A DNA stretch of 63,163 bases, filler included, from Octopus bimaculoides (lineage: Eukaryota): assembly GCF_001194135.2 (NCBI RefSeq). It is 5 parts of 4 records of this genome, joined end to end, with 100 filler letters (N's around TTAATTAATTAA, not from the genome) between each part and the next. Parts side by side here need not be neighbours in the genome. Positions count along the whole stretch, not along the records: positions 9,602 to 41,364 come from NC_068996.1; positions 41,465 to 47,524 come from NC_068996.1; positions 47,625 to 57,242 come from NC_068991.1; 2 more parts are not named here. One strand, written 5' to 3'. The position numbers were made by a program, and so were the translations under genes. The notes below the pieces were generated by a model that ran no database searches, was not told where the DNA came from, and saw only the letters and a program-made list of their open reading frames with translations. Within the stretch, counting starts at the first letter, position 1. Every line of letters begins with the position of its first letter. Shown here one piece after another: positions 34,990 to 48,924 of this stretch.

Positions 34990-36478
34990 GGAAGGCAAAA
35001 CGGTGAAACCCATAGAGTGGCAACTGTCACCAGAAAGATCCCTAACCAAAAGTCAAAAGACTGTAACTCCGCCACAAAAAAAAAAGAAACCACAAACGTA
35101 GATGACACACCGCAAAACACTCCGAATCGTCATACACCGAAACAACATCAAGAATAACAAAAACAACAAACCACAAGACCTTCACTCCAACAACCAAACC
35201 TTCAACTGTGCCTCCTACAACAACAAGAAAACATAAACACCACGGCAACAAGAAAACTATCAAAACAGACAACGAACACAACGAAACACTCAAATAGAAA
35301 CAGTCAATTTCAAAAGTGACAAGGAGTTAGTGGACTACATATAAAAACATCACAAATACGAAATAAAAAACAGAAGGGAAATAATTTGAAAAATTCATCC
35401 CCAAAACACTTAAAGAGGGAGCGCTAATAAAAACGTCAAGTCAAATTTATTACACTCTCTTGAACAACTGCCCAAGGAGTGTGGGGATTTTCAGAAAATC
35501 AGTGAAACTTTATTCCAAGGGCATTTTTAGAGACACCCACCTCAAAAGAACACAGATCATCCGCCACTCGAAGTGACTGGAGGTGACATAGTTGAGTAAC
35601 CTCTTACTATATTTTCTCCAATAAATATGGTAGTACTCTAAGTAGAATGTATCAATGTCTGGGGCCAGCTTGGACACTTGCTCAATGACCACAGATCACT
35701 TCACTTAGATATGGTGGTCATTACTGAAACCAGAATTTTTGGGACGCACGTATTCAGCCTAATGTTTGAGGACTACAAGAGGTACTCATCTTATAGTCTG
35801 AAAAGATCGGGCGATAGTGTAGTAGAATCAGGATTAGAGGTGCAGACGATATTCCTGGATCCAGCAGGTAAGTTGGTGGTACTACACATGAGTGGCAGTA
35901 AAGGTAGTGCTTTCATATTAGCGACCGTCTATACACCCACTGGGACTGGGCTGCCAGATTTCTTTAGACGTCTAGAAATCTTCCTAAGAACATCCCGCAC
36001 TATAGTTATTGTAGGGGATTCAAATGGTATTTTAGACCTACGATGGTATTGTGTAGGGTTAACTCATAGACGGCTATGCAAAAGCCTCGGCAACATGCTC
36101 AGACGTTTCCAACTGTCTGACATCCTCTTCAAACTTGGAGCGGTGTCGGCATATACGGATGACATCACGCTCTTGGTATCAGACACCCCGGAAGTTCAGG
36201 CAGTCGATTTCATTCTAAAATAAAATGAGTCGATGGCAGGAGCTAAGATAAATCCAAGCAATCAACAGGCCTGTAGCTCAGCAACTGAAGAAGCAAGACT
36301 ATACCAACAAACAGCATAGTAGGTCGCAGCGAAACTGCTCGGTGTCTGGTTTGACCCAGACTGCCAGTTGGACAAAAACTGGGATGAGGTTACAAATAGG
36401 ATGGCCAGTTTCACTCGGAAATGGGCTGAGAGGAAATTATTCCTGAAAGGTCCAGCAGAAGTGGAGAACATCGTCTCT
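34990..36478 (+). mobile_element. Tx1/L1-like LINE relic: probable ORF1 remnant, ORF2 AP endonuclease fused by deletion to late RT
   Basis: ORF2 start near 35627 (MVVL*VECINVWG), ITET, ATVYTP, IVIVGDSNGILD; then abruptly AVSAYTDDI and KLLGVWF. The ORF1 assignment of 34990-35600 is an inference. Confidence 0.8.
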
Positions 36479-37255
36479 TGGACAGTACTTGTCAGCACAA
36501 TCTTTTGGATTTCTATGAGACATGCTTCTCCTGAGATGTTGTCTAAATATTTCTGACATGCCCTTTTTTTTATTATATCTAGGGCACCAACAATAACAGG
36601 AACAGTTCTTGCTTAAAGACGCTACATCTTTTGTATTTCAATTTCCAGGTCCTTATATTTACTTAATTTATCAAATTCCTTTATAGATATATTTTTATCA
36701 GTGGGAACACTTACATCTATTAGTCTACGATTATTTTCTTCCCGGTCTTTAATAATTATGTCTGGTCGGTTAGCCTGGATCATTCTGTCGGCGTTGACCG
36801 GAAAATCCCAGAGACTAGTGACATTTTTACTTTCAACGACTTGCCCAGGATGATGTTCATACCAGTAAGTAGGAGAGTTGACTTTGTAGTGTTTACATAT
36901 TTTCCAATGTAAATACTGTCCTATCCTAACGTGGCAACTTTTGTATTCATTTGATGTCAGTACGGGACATCCTGAAACGACATGGTCTATTGTTTCGTCA
37001 AATATGTCGCAGAATCTGCATTTAGGGTCAGAACCATTTTGAAAAACGTTGGCTTGGAAGTTTCTGGTAGGCAAGCTTTGATCTTGGGTCGCCAATATGA
37101 GACCTTCTGTCTCTGCTTTCAGTCCTGAACTCCTCAGCCACTAATGGGTTGTTACTTGGTCTACATCAGCATTTCAACTTCGAAGTATATACTGTCCATA
37201 CATGGGCTTCTGGCTCCACCGCTCTTCAATTTGTTTCTGCCCGTTCTTTTTTGCA
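36478..37255 (-). mobile_element. R4/Dong-clade LINE C-terminus (CCHC knuckle and PD-(D/E)xK endonuclease)
   Basis: WLRSSGLKAETEGLILATQDQ, CRFC..ETIDHVVSGC, LWDF..NRPDIII..LIDVSVP..KLSKYKDL. Confidence 0.92.
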
Positions 37256-37322
37256 GTACTTACGTTCTTTCCTTATATCTGATACTTATTCTTTCGTACT
37301 CTTTTTCCAAACCACTAATAAT

Positions 37323-37534
37323 TCTTTCTACTATAGGCACAAGGCCTGGATTTTGTGGGGAAGGGGAAAGTCGATCACATCGACCCCAATGATCAACTGA
37401 GACTGAATTCATCGACCCCGAAAGGATGAAAGGCAAAGTCGACTTCGACGGAATTTGAACTCAGAACATAGAGGCAGACGAAATACCGCCAAGCATAACG
37501 CCCGGCGTGCTAACGATTCTTCCAGCTCGCCGCC
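37323..37534 (-). mobile_element. SINE-B with perfect 18-bp TSD, nested in a SINE-A tail
   Basis: TSD ttccaaaccactaataat at 37305-37322 and 37535-37552. Confidence 0.92.
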
Positions 37535-37689
37535 TTCCAAACCACTAATAATAACAAGTTAGGGAATGCAAATAATCCAACGCACGCATGCGCGCGCACA
37601 CACACGCACACACACACACACACACACCAAAATTCCAGGCCTTGTGGCTTTGGCTTTAGTAGAAACAATTATTGCTATCATTTTGCTTT

Positions 37690-37905
37690 TGATAAGGTTC
37701 GGTTTTATTCCTGGTAGGATTTATGTGGGTAGCGGGTTACTACCCGTAACCTTAGGTATCTACAAGTTTTCACCAGTCATTTAAATGCTTAGAACCCTTC
37801 TGATAATCCTTGCTGTCCCTAAGAGGCAAACTTTCTGTAGGAACTCTACTGGGAATTCTATTTCAATCTCCTTAAGCCATTTGGCTATATCTTGGCTCAC
37901 GCACC
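37690..37905 (-). mobile_element. R4/Dong-clade 3' end
   Basis: KEIEIEFPVEFLQKVCLLGTARIIRRVLSI* plus 3' UTR; abuts (ATT)/(ATC)n. Confidence 0.8.
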
Positions 37906-37921
37906 AATTATTATTATTGTT

Positions 37922-37976
<55 letters not shown>

Positions 37977-37992
37977 CCACCACCATCATCAC

Positions 37993-38048
<56 letters not shown>

Positions 38049-38069
38049 ACACCATCATCATCATTATTG

Positions 38070-38612
38070 AGTGAGAACAGCGGATGCCACCAAAATGACA
38101 CTAGGGTACAAATATACGAAGCCCAATATACCCATCATGACTACCCGTCTGATAAGAGTACACCAGGTGCATGCATCACAGCTATATGTGCGCGATATGG
38201 TGATCTCATATCAAGATAAACAGCGCATGACCTCGCAAGTGGGGTCCAGTTAGAATTTTCTTCAGGTCGAGTAGCCCATCCCGCTCAAAGGGTCCCTGAA
38301 TAACATTTGTTGAAGGATGATGAACTAAACACCCATGTTTCCAAAGGTGAATTATAAAAACCCCAAAGAATTCCTCTCAACACATGGCTATGATGCACCC
38401 CAACTACTTCTGCTCATGATCAGAGATGCACATATCACCAGTCACCAAGAGACATGCTCAACTGGTTAAGGTCAAACAACTGAGAAGCAAATCTGTGGTT
38501 TTAAGCAGGATATTTGCTGTAGCCCATCTTTTATACCAAGACAAAACAATGTTCATGATAACACTTTCAATCAGTTAACACAAGAAGCCATGAGAGCCAC
38601 TGCCTTATACTG
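38070..38612 (-). mobile_element. Unclassified ~540-bp non-coding element between triplet microsatellites
   Basis: High-complexity sequence with no convincing ORF and sharp borders at (ATC)n and (ATT)n. Confidence 0.4.
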
Positions 38613-38621
38613 CATCAAAGC

Positions 38622-38679
<58 letters not shown>

Positions 38680-38682
<3 letters not shown>

Positions 38683-38890
38683 TAATCATATTTTCTATCA
38701 CATGCTTTCACTGCACTACTAAGTGTAGCTCCGTGTGCCTTCAGTATGTGCTGTGGTTTGCTGTGATGCTCTTATGGTTACTGTATTGAAAGTGTTTTAC
38801 GGAGGATGTGTGCTGTGCCTACTAATGTTATTTTCTGTATGTTATATATACTTGTAAGTCCTGGTGTTTTTGTTATATATTTGTTTGAAT
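38680..38890 (-). mobile_element. R4/Dong-clade 3' end with (TAA)n tail
   Basis: TPGLTSIYNIQKITLVGTAHILRKTLSIQ*, then UTR, then (TAA)n. Confidence 0.8.
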
Positions 38891-39454
38891 GTTTTTTTTA
38901 TCATACCTAATGCGCCTACTATGATAGGAATTGTTCCTGTTTTTAGGTTCCATATTTGAGTTAGCTCTATTTGTCGTCGTCGTCGTCGTCATCATTATCA
39001 TCATCACTGGTATCCTCATTATCATAACGATAAGGTGATGCTGATAAGGGTTATAATGGAGATGATGGTGTTGATAGCGATAAGGTTGAGGATGATGATA
39101 ATCACTACCATGATCACGACGACCACGATGGCATGCGACAATAAAATCATCACTAAACACTATATATTGTCCTGATTGATAAATAAACCCAATTAAAACC
39201 CGTCCAGATGTTCCAATCAAAAGGATGAATGACGTTTTATAGACTTTGAGAAGATATCTCGATCCCTTCTTACCAAAAAGAACGCGAAAAGTAGTTGGGG
39301 AAGAAATCTCTCAAAATACGGGACATTATAATGGCAATAATAATGATGTAGAAGGCGAAAAGAATTTTTTTTAAAATACCCTAAAATGGTATGAATATAA
39401 TCGATAAGAAAATATATTTTACTTGTTTTAGTTAATGCCTTGATCGGTTTTAGT

Positions 39455-39641
39455 CGAACAAATCGATACCAGTACTTGTGTTCTTTTCTTAAACCTGATA
39501 CTTATCCTTTCGTACTCTTTTTCCGAACCGCTAAGTTAGGGAACGCAAACGATCCAAAACCGGTTGTTAAGAAGGATAAACACAAATACATACGTACACA
39601 CATGCACGTACGCACACACACACATACATATTCACACACTC

Positions 39642-39675
<34 letters not shown>

Positions 39676-39678
39676 GCA

Positions 39679-39715
<37 letters not shown>

Positions 39716-39865
39716 ACAAAGTTTCCGTCAATGTAATTCACTTACAAAGCATTGGTCGGCCCGGGTTATAAAAGAAGACGCTTGCCCAGAGTGCCGCGCA
39801 GTGGGATTGAAACCGAAACCACATGGATGCAAAACAAGCTTCATAACCAAACAGCCATGCCTGCG
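39455..39865 (-). mobile_element. SINE-A, near full-length, diverged
   Basis: Tail, internal (CA)n and head in the same order as 16505-16939. Confidence 0.8.
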
Positions 39866-40151
39866 TCTATAAAAACGCAAGACTTCCTTGTTCCCCCAGC
39901 AAAATAGATATATTTGCAGGTGTTTATGTAGGATAGATTTGCATCGAATAAGAAAAGGTACTTTTGTAATCACCCTTTGGCTCCAAATCCTTAACGATCA
40001 GTTAGAATACTGTTGGAGTACTGAATTATGCATATGCTGAGGTTAACTACAGTCGACTGAATTGACCATAAAAGTTTTTTATGCATTTATCCTACCGAGT
40101 ACAGCGAGACGAAAAGTTTAACAGAATACAGTTGACATTCAAACAGAATGT

Positions 40152-40221
<70 letters not shown>

Positions 40222-40354
40222 CAAAATAATAATTTTTTATTGGCCACAAAACAAAAAAAAACAATACAACACAAGGGACAAGTAGAGCTTAGCACAATAC
40301 ACGTGTATAAAATTATATAAGATAAAATAAAATAAAACAATGGGCTAGAGAGAG

Positions 40355-40865
40355 GTAACTTGTGGGTACAAACCGCAGAGAGTGGCAGAGTCGGAGACTA
40401 GCAAAATCCTCTGGGATTTCCCAATCTAAATAGACCAGGTGCTAGAGCATAACAGACCAGACCTAGTGGTGGTGGACAAGATGCACCACATGTGCTATAT
40501 AGTTGATGTTGCATGCCCCTTTTGACCCACGAATAGTCAAGAAGGAAGGTGAAAAGATAGATAAATGCAACCCTCTTAAGTGCGAATAGCCCGGTTATGG
40601 AAAATGAAGAAGGTGAAGATAGTGCCAATTATTGTTGGGTCCTTGGGAACAGTATCAGAAGGCATTAAGGCGAATATAAAAGAAGTTGGAATAAAGTGCC
40701 CAGTAGAACTGTTACAAAAGGTTTGCCTCCTTAGCGCGGCCAAAATAATCAGTAAACTATTAGATAGCTGAAAAGAATAAATAGCATAGTACCATAGGCT
40801 GCAGGTAGTAAGCCCGCTACGCATGTAAGACTCCAGGAGCTCCAACAAAACCTGTGATGAAGGGA
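40355..40865 (+). mobile_element. R4/Dong-clade LINE C-terminus and 3' UTR
   Basis: KILWDFPI..HNRPDLVVVDK..IVDVACPFD..IVPIIVGSLG..LLQKVCLL; ends in (TAA)n. Confidence 0.9.
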
Positions 40866-41053
40866 AAATTATAATAATTATGATAATAATAATACTAATT
40901 TGTTTTATTTGCCACCAGAGTGAAGAATGGGGGTGGGACAATACAAAGACAGTAATAATAATAATCTACTTGCTGTGGACAGATGACACTTTCCATTATA
41001 CTCAGCAAAATAAGCTGAGCATTTTCATCAAATAGTAATCCTTTCTTTATGTT

Positions 41054-41151
<98 letters not shown>

Positions 41152-41154
41152 TAA

Positions 41155-41360
41155 TTCGTTTTATTGGCCACAAGGGCTAATATCAATTAAAGACATATAA
41201 GGACAAAGACAGGACGAAGCTTACAAAAGGTTTTGTCCGAAAAGGTAGGAAAGTTCGTCTAAACAGAGGAAGAAAACGGAGAAGGATATAATAAATAAAT
41301 AGATAAATAAATAGATAAATAAATAAGTAGAACTCCCAAAGGGGGAGGCGCTTCGAAAAA
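41155..41360 (-). mobile_element. 3' end of an unidentified LINE-like element (further copies ~40225-40300 and ~40895-40950)
   Basis: ...gcccttgtggccaataaaacgaa followed by (TTA)n; the ttttatt(g/t)gccac motif recurs three times within 1 kb. Confidence 0.55.
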
Positions 41361-41621
41361 GGAANNNNNNNNNNNNNNNNNNNNNNNNNNNNNNNNNNNN
41401 NNNNNNNNTTAATTAATTAANNNNNNNNNNNNNNNNNNNNNNNNNNNNNNNNNNNNNNNNNNNNTATATATATATATATTTTACAATATTCAAAATAATG
41501 TGGATAACCGTCATTTTAAAATTTGGGTAATTCTTCATTATACATAGGCACATGGACGCACATACATAGCTGTAAGTGTATATATATGTGTGTTTAGTTG
41601 TAAGTATATATATGTATATAA

Positions 41622-41815
41622 GGGCAGCTAGCTGGCAGAATCGTTTGCAAGGCAGGCGACATACTTAGCGGTATTTCGTCTGCCGTGACATTCTGAATTC
41701 AAATTAAGCCAAGGTCGACTTTGCGTTTTATCCTTTCGAGAGGTTGATAAAATAAGCACCAGTTACGCACTGAGTCATGTAATCGACTTAATCCCTTTGT
41801 CTATCCAATGAAGAA
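41622..41815 (+). mobile_element. SINE-B
   Basis: gctagctggcagaatcg...aatcgacttaatccctttgtc. Confidence 0.85.
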
Positions 41816-42124
41816 ATAAATATATGGGTGTGAGGACGATGGGTCTCCTGTAGAAAACGATATTCAGCAATGAGGAGGGGAGAAACTCCAATAAACTTGG
41901 CGCATCGTTCACAATAAGATTACTTTGTTTTCATTACTTTCAATTTTACACTTTCACATGTCAATACATATATACATTTCTGTGTGTGTGTATATATACA
42001 TAGATATACACACACACACACATACACACACAGGTACACACAGGTACACACACACACACACACACACACTGACACACACACACATACACACACACACCAC
42101 TCACACACTTATTCTTCTATTCTG

Positions 42125-42630
42125 CTATTCTTTCATTTGTTTCAATCATTTGACTGCGACCCTAGGACCTATTCCTTTGTGAGCATAGTGCATATTCTAT
42201 CGGCCGCTTTTGCCGAACCGCTAAGTTACGGGGATGTAAGCACACCAGCATCTGTTGTCAAGCGATGGTGGGGGACACAAAAAGACAAATACATACATAC
42301 ACACATACATGCATATATACATAAATACATACATACATACATACATACNNNNNNNNNNNNNNNNNNNNNNNNNNNNNNNNNNNNNNNNNNNNNNNNNNNN
42401 NNNNNNNNNNNNNNNNNNNNNNNNNNNNNNNNNNNNNNNNNNNNNNNNNNNNNNNNNNNNNNNNNNNNNNNNNNNNNNNNNNNNNNNNNNNNNNNNNNNN
42501 NNNNNNNNNNNNNNNNNNNNNNNNNTATATATATACACACACACATACACACACATATATGCGACAGGCTTCTTTCAGTTGGGATTAAACCCGGAACTGG
42601 TTCGAATGCATGGCACATTGAGCCACTCAT
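42125..42630 (-). mobile_element. SINE-A with internal microsatellite and gap
   Basis: Tail 42125-42290 and partial head 42560-42630. Confidence 0.75.
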
Positions 42631-42633
42631 GTG

Positions 42634-42673
<40 letters not shown>

Positions 42674-43129
42674 TACATATATATGTGTTCGGGTGTGTGT
42701 GAGGTAGAGAGAGAGAGCATGTTTATGTACGCATGTAAATACCACACAGCTGAATTTGGAGAGAGATGGACTATAAACGCACAATTGTAACGCTGTGTGA
42801 ATTAGACTGCGGTTAAAGGTTGGTGTCTTTTCGTTCCAGGAAGTAAGAAAAGAGAGAAAAAAGCCTTGCTTGACTAATTTCAGAGATCTTTACTGCTCCA
42901 TCGGGGATTATTTTTGTGTACACAGAATGAACAGAATATTATTTTAATAAAGCATAATTTACTTGACATAAAAGGCGATGATATCACATATAAAGTTACA
43001 GAAAGATACAGCAATATTTTCTCTTTTAATTCGAACACGTACAAAACAATCAGCTTAACTGTGCTTGTGCTATATATGTATATATTAGAAAAAAAAACCT
43101 AATAATGATGATGATGATGCTGAAGATAG

Positions 43130-43255
43130 TATTAATGGTTTCAAATTTTGCCACAAGGGAAACAATTTTGGTGGAAGAGGAAGAGACGATTACATCGACT
43201 CCGGTACTTGTTTCATCGACCCTCGAAGGGTGAAAGGCAAAGTTGACCTCAGCAG
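43130..43255 (-). mobile_element. SINE-B, 5'-truncated
   Basis: ttgccacaaggg..tacatcgactccggtact..gaaaggcaaagttgacctc. Confidence 0.75.
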
Positions 43256-43891
43256 TATATAACAATAATAATAATAATAATAATAATTGTAATAATGATT
43301 TTGTCACAAAACATGCAATTTTATGGGGAAGATATAAGTAGATTACAATGATCCCTGTGCTTAACTGGAATTTAACTATCCCCGGAAAGACGAAAAGCAA
43401 CAATGACCTCAGCTGCATTTCAACTCAAATCGTAAAAGGCCGAAAGAAATGCCACTGAACATTTTGTCCGATGTTCGAAACAATGTCTCAAAGAATATTG
43501 ATAATAAATTTTCTCCCATATCATCTATGAGACAGATTATGCTGAAAGTTTCAACCACACATTGACTATTAAGAGAGCTTCCTAAAGAATATCAGCATTC
43601 TACAATTTAGGGTGGGCCTTATAATTATCTGCATATGTATAGTATATACGCATATATGAATATACTTCTGCAGTTTTCAGTATATATGTGTGTATAAATA
43701 TTTATATGTACGGATGGTTATATAAATATAACAAAATACAGTATACAAATATATATATACACACACACATTCATATATATATACACATGTATATGTATAT
43801 GTTTACATATGTACGGATGTATATATATATATATATCTATATATATATGTATATATGTCTATATATGTGTATATATATATGTTTATAATAC

Positions 43892-43922
<31 letters not shown>

Positions 43923-44051
43923 TATNNNNNNNNNNNNNNNNNNNNNNNNNNNNNNNNNNNNNNNNNNNNNNNNNNNNNNNNNNNNNNNNNNNNNNNNNNN
44001 NNNNNNNNNNNNNNNNNNNNNNNNNNNNNNNNNNNNNNNNNNNNNNNNNNN

Positions 44052-44094
<43 letters not shown>

Positions 44095-44604
44095 CATATA
44101 CATGCATACAAATGCATACACACATACTAGCTATGTATATGAATATCTTGTATGAGTATAATCTGCACATTATCTATATCAAGACAGGTTTATATTATAT
44201 TATAATAAATGTGTATATATGCCTATATATGTGGATATTAATATGCACAAAATTATTATACCAGTGTATGTGTATCGATGCCACACAATGCACAAATACA
44301 CACACACACACACACACTTATTATTATACAAATATATGGAAAGATTCATGCACACATACACACGCATACGTACAATTCAATGTGTGTGTCTGCATGTGTG
44401 GGTGTGAGTGATAATCATTCGAACATCACTGTAATGTTGCTGCGTTTAAATTCAAAACGTTATAGTAGCACATAAAATGTCTGTCAGACGCACGAATAAA
44501 TTGAACATGTTAACACGAGTTTACGCTAAGGTAGAACAATGGGGCGTGCATGTAGTTATGGGTCTGTATATGTGAATGTGTATGCACGTTTGTGCTTATG
44601 TTTA

Positions 44605-44639
<35 letters not shown>

Positions 44640-44715
44640 TTATGTATATATGCATATATCTATACACACACATACACCTATATATATATATACATATATA
44701 TGAATAATTATATAT

Positions 44716-44747
<32 letters not shown>

Positions 44748-45464
44748 GTATGCATATATATGTATGTGTGTGTGTGTGTGTATGTGCGTGTGTGCATGTG
44801 TACTATCAAATATGTGAATGTATATACACGCAAATATTTATCTTCGTATATATATATATATATATATATCTATATATACAAAAGTAAGCATGTAAATGTG
44901 TAAATATATGAAGATACATTTATATAAACACACTCACACACACACAAACACTAACCAACAAACATGCACACATACATATGTATTTTATCTGTTTTTGCGC
45001 GTGTGTATTTTTATTCCTCTAATACATATCTTTGTTTGTGTTGTTCCCTGTTTAAGTTTGTGTTGATATTTCGAAACGTATCGTATGTAATGGAAACAAA
45101 AATCTGAAAATTTGAATCCCATATTTTAGTGGATAAGAAATTCCTAAGCATTCCTACGAAGTATTCGATAATAATAATCTTACAAAGTTTGAAAATTCAT
45201 GTGCGGCCTGGAATTTTTATTAAAGACAATCATTAACCTTTCTCTCCATTTTTTTCACCATCTCTCTGTCTCTGTCTGTTTCTCTCTCTCCCCCCCTCTC
45301 TCTCTCATCATTGTAAGCGCGCACGCACACAATACACACAAACGCACATACATACAGAAACACGCACTCATGAACACACACATAGCTGCATCTGTGTTTT
45401 TGTACCTATGAATATATGCGTGCGTGTGTGTATGTTTATATATATATATATATATATATTCCTT

Positions 45465-45860
45465 GTTTTAGTTATTTGACTGCGGCCATGTTGGAACACC
45501 ATATCAAAATAATTTTTAGTAGAAAAATCGCTCCTAGAACTTAATATTTGTAGGCCTACTATTCTTCTATATCTTTTGCCGAACTGCTAGGTTACGGGAA
45601 CGCAAACCCACTAAGATCAGTTGTAAAGCCATAGCAGGGGTGGGGACAGCCATAGACACAAACACTCACATTCATGAATATATACATATACTTACATGTA
45701 TACTTACATACATACATACATACATACATATATGCATGTGTGCATGTGTATATATATATGTATATATATATATACTATGGGCGTCTTTAAGTTTCCATTT
45801 ACCAAATCAACACACAAGTCTTTCTTCAGCCTGAATATTGTCGTTGAGAAGAAAGCTTGT
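45465..45860 (-). mobile_element. SINE-A (diverged)
   Basis: tatttgactgcggccatgttggaacacc...ttttgccgaactgc...head remnant. Confidence 0.7.
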
Positions 45861-45901
45861 ATGTATATGCATATTATAAACACACACACACAAACGCACA
45901 C

Positions 45902-45934
<33 letters not shown>

Positions 45935-45964
45935 CAAACACATACACACATACATATATATATA

Positions 45965-46314
45965 TATAAAATGGCATGGCTGTGTGGACGTTGGCCTACA
46001 GCTATATGGCCTCTGCCTCAGTCCCACCGACTGACAAATTAGCAAGTACCTTTTCCGATAGCCGTTGGCCGACTAAAGCCTTTTGAATGCATTTGTTGGA
46101 CCGAAACACTGAAAGAAGTACTATGTATATATATGTATATATATNNNNNNNNNNNNNNNNNNNNNNNNNNNNNNNNNNNNNNNNNNNNNNNNNNNNNNNN
46201 NNNNNNNNNNNNNNNNNNNNNNNNNNNNNNNNNNNNNNNNNNNNNNNNNNNNNNNNNNNNNNNNNNNNNNNNNNNNNNNNNNNNNNNNNNNNNNNNNNNN
46301 NNNNNNNNNNNNNN

Positions 46315-46346
<32 letters not shown>

Positions 46347-46600
46347 GTGTATGTGTGAGTGTGTGTGTGTATGTATGTATATGTGTGTGTTTGTGTGTGT
46401 ATATTTGCCACATCACGGCTTGAAAACCGATATTGGTGATTTAGCGTTCTCGCATTGTAGCGGTTCGACACAATAAATCGACGAAATAATTACCGGGCTT
46501 TACAGAGACATAATAAGTATTAGGGTCGATTCTTTCGCTTAAAATGCCTCAGGGTGGCGCTCACAGCGTGGTCGCAGTCTAATGACCGAAGCAAGGAAAA
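45965..46600 (+). mobile_element. SINE-A (diverged, contains gap)
   Basis: Head 45965-46125 and tail 46400-46600. Confidence 0.65.
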
Positions 46601-47012
46601 AACACATATATCTATTTCTTACTTTTTTCTGTCATTAAACTATGGCCATGTAAATGAATCAACCCCAGTACATGTTTGTAAATCCTCGTATTTCTATCGG
46701 TTCTTTTGCCGAACTGTAATGTTACAGTGAAATAAACATACAAGCACTAGTTGTCACGTAGCTGAGAGGGACAAACGCATACACGAAGACACACAAGCAC
46801 TAGCACACGCACAGGTACACAAACACACACACACACACACTCAATGACTCACTCAGACAGACACACGCATACATTTTCTTACAAGTGAAATTTATAAAAT
46901 GCACCTATACAATTGAAATAATGATTACCTAGTGATAGCGTGATTATATACACTTATTATAGTTCAGACACATACACACGTACAAACAAACACACACTCT
47001 AATACACACACA

Positions 47013-47047
<35 letters not shown>

Positions 47048-47057
47048 NNNNNNNNNN

Positions 47058-47105
<48 letters not shown>

Positions 47106-47181
47106 GTTATATGTACAACTTTCGGAAACATTGTGACTTATTCATAGTAGATCTTGAATCGACAAATTATACAACAATGCA

Positions 47182-47240
<59 letters not shown>

Positions 47241-47243
47241 TTA

Positions 47244-47309
<66 letters not shown>

Positions 47310-47312
<3 letters not shown>

Positions 47313-47510
47313 AATGAGTATATGCATATATACGTACATGTATGTACATACTTACATCTACCTGTATATATATATAGATGCATATCTGGGTACAGGACAT
47401 TGCAAACAAAGCAAAGACAAAATGATAAACGAGTACAGAAAACACACAGGCCACATAGAGAACATTTACTTCATCAGCTGCCCCCCCATTCTAACAAAGG
47501 CGTTTCGATA
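47310..47510 (-). mobile_element. Repeat family P3
   Basis: catatctgggtacaggacat...ttcatcagctgcccccc...cgtttcga. Confidence 0.7.
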
Positions 47511-48317
47511 TATATATATATATANNNNNNNNNNNNNNNNNNNNNNNNNNNNNNNNNNNNNNNNNNNNTTAATTAATTAANNNNNNNNNNNNNNNNNNNN
47601 NNNNNNNNNNNNNNNNNNNNNNNNATATATATATATATATACATATATGCATATACATATGCACGAGTTTATACTTACGTAGGGGAACAAGTATACGTAC
47701 ATGTATGTTTGTGCGTGTATTTTATGTTTCAAATTTGGCATGCTTGTGGAACTGTATCCTGATTTCCACAGCATTAAGTTTATATTGATTAATGCGTTGG
47801 AAACTGGAATACGTAGTTTCTTTTTATCTAAGACACTGATCTGGAAGGATTCGAAGAACTTGAAATCATGAACCATAGAAATGCAACGTTAAATATCTAA
47901 TCAGTTCGAATGTACTACATTTATGTCATTGTGGTTCTTACTGCCTAGTTCATTCGTACGGTCAGTTAACGAAAGAGGAGGATAAGGGGAGAGAAAGAGT
48001 AAGTAAGTATGAGTGTGTATGAAAGAGATGTAGTGAAAATAATACAGATAGCAGGAAAATTTTTAATTGCCTTGAACTAGATTTGTGTCAACCACATATA
48101 AGTTGGTTATATACTCTTTAACTGAATGTTTGGTATAGTCTGATTGAATGGGTAGGAAGCGCGGTTCGGAATGTCAGGGTCCCGGGTTCATTTCTATGTG
48201 TGGCAAATATACTTATAAAAATCTAAACATACTCATACATATACAAATATGTATGCATCGCCCTCCCCCGTCTCTCTCCTTACACATACACACACGCGTG
48301 CGTGCAGACACACATAG

Positions 48318-48355
<38 letters not shown>

Positions 48356-48559
48356 NNNNNNNNNNNNNNNNNNNNNNNNNNNNNNNNNNNNNNNNNNNNN
48401 NNNNNNNNNNNNNNNNNNNNNNNNNNNNNNNNNNNNNNNNNNNNNNNNNNNNNNNNNNNNNNNNNNNNNNNNNNNNNNNNNNNNNNNNNAAACCTGGTAG
48501 TTTGCCGGTAAAGCACGTTCATTGGCCGTGCTCGTTGGGTATGTAATTAAGGAGAAAGA

Positions 48560-48730
48560 CTGAAGATGGAAGATACGAGCGTCTTTATTGACCACTACCT
48601 CTTGAACTGACCTGAGGAGACATATCTATGCTGAGCAATACACCTAAACCAGTTGTGCAATATCCCACTCGCGAGGGATCGACGCTAGACGGGTGAAAAC
48701 GATTGTGGTTATCAATAAAGATTCTCGTAT
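48560..48730 (+). mobile_element. Repeat family P2, copy 3 (diverged)
   Basis: cctgaggagacatatc...gcaatac...caatatcc...gacgggtgaaaacgatt...aataaagattc parallels 16325-16445. Confidence 0.55.
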
Positions 48731-48924
48731 TTTCTATCTTCTATCTCTCTTTTTTTACACGCACATATTATATAATATGAACAATAAATGTTTTTACGTG
48801 CTACTATTAGTTAGTTTCATACGATGAGAGTATGCCAGACATTGTTTTTTAACACGTCTGGTGTTCCATCACAATCTCCAGGCACTGTGTACATGGCAGT
48901 GATTTTACCATCACGGAACAGTAC

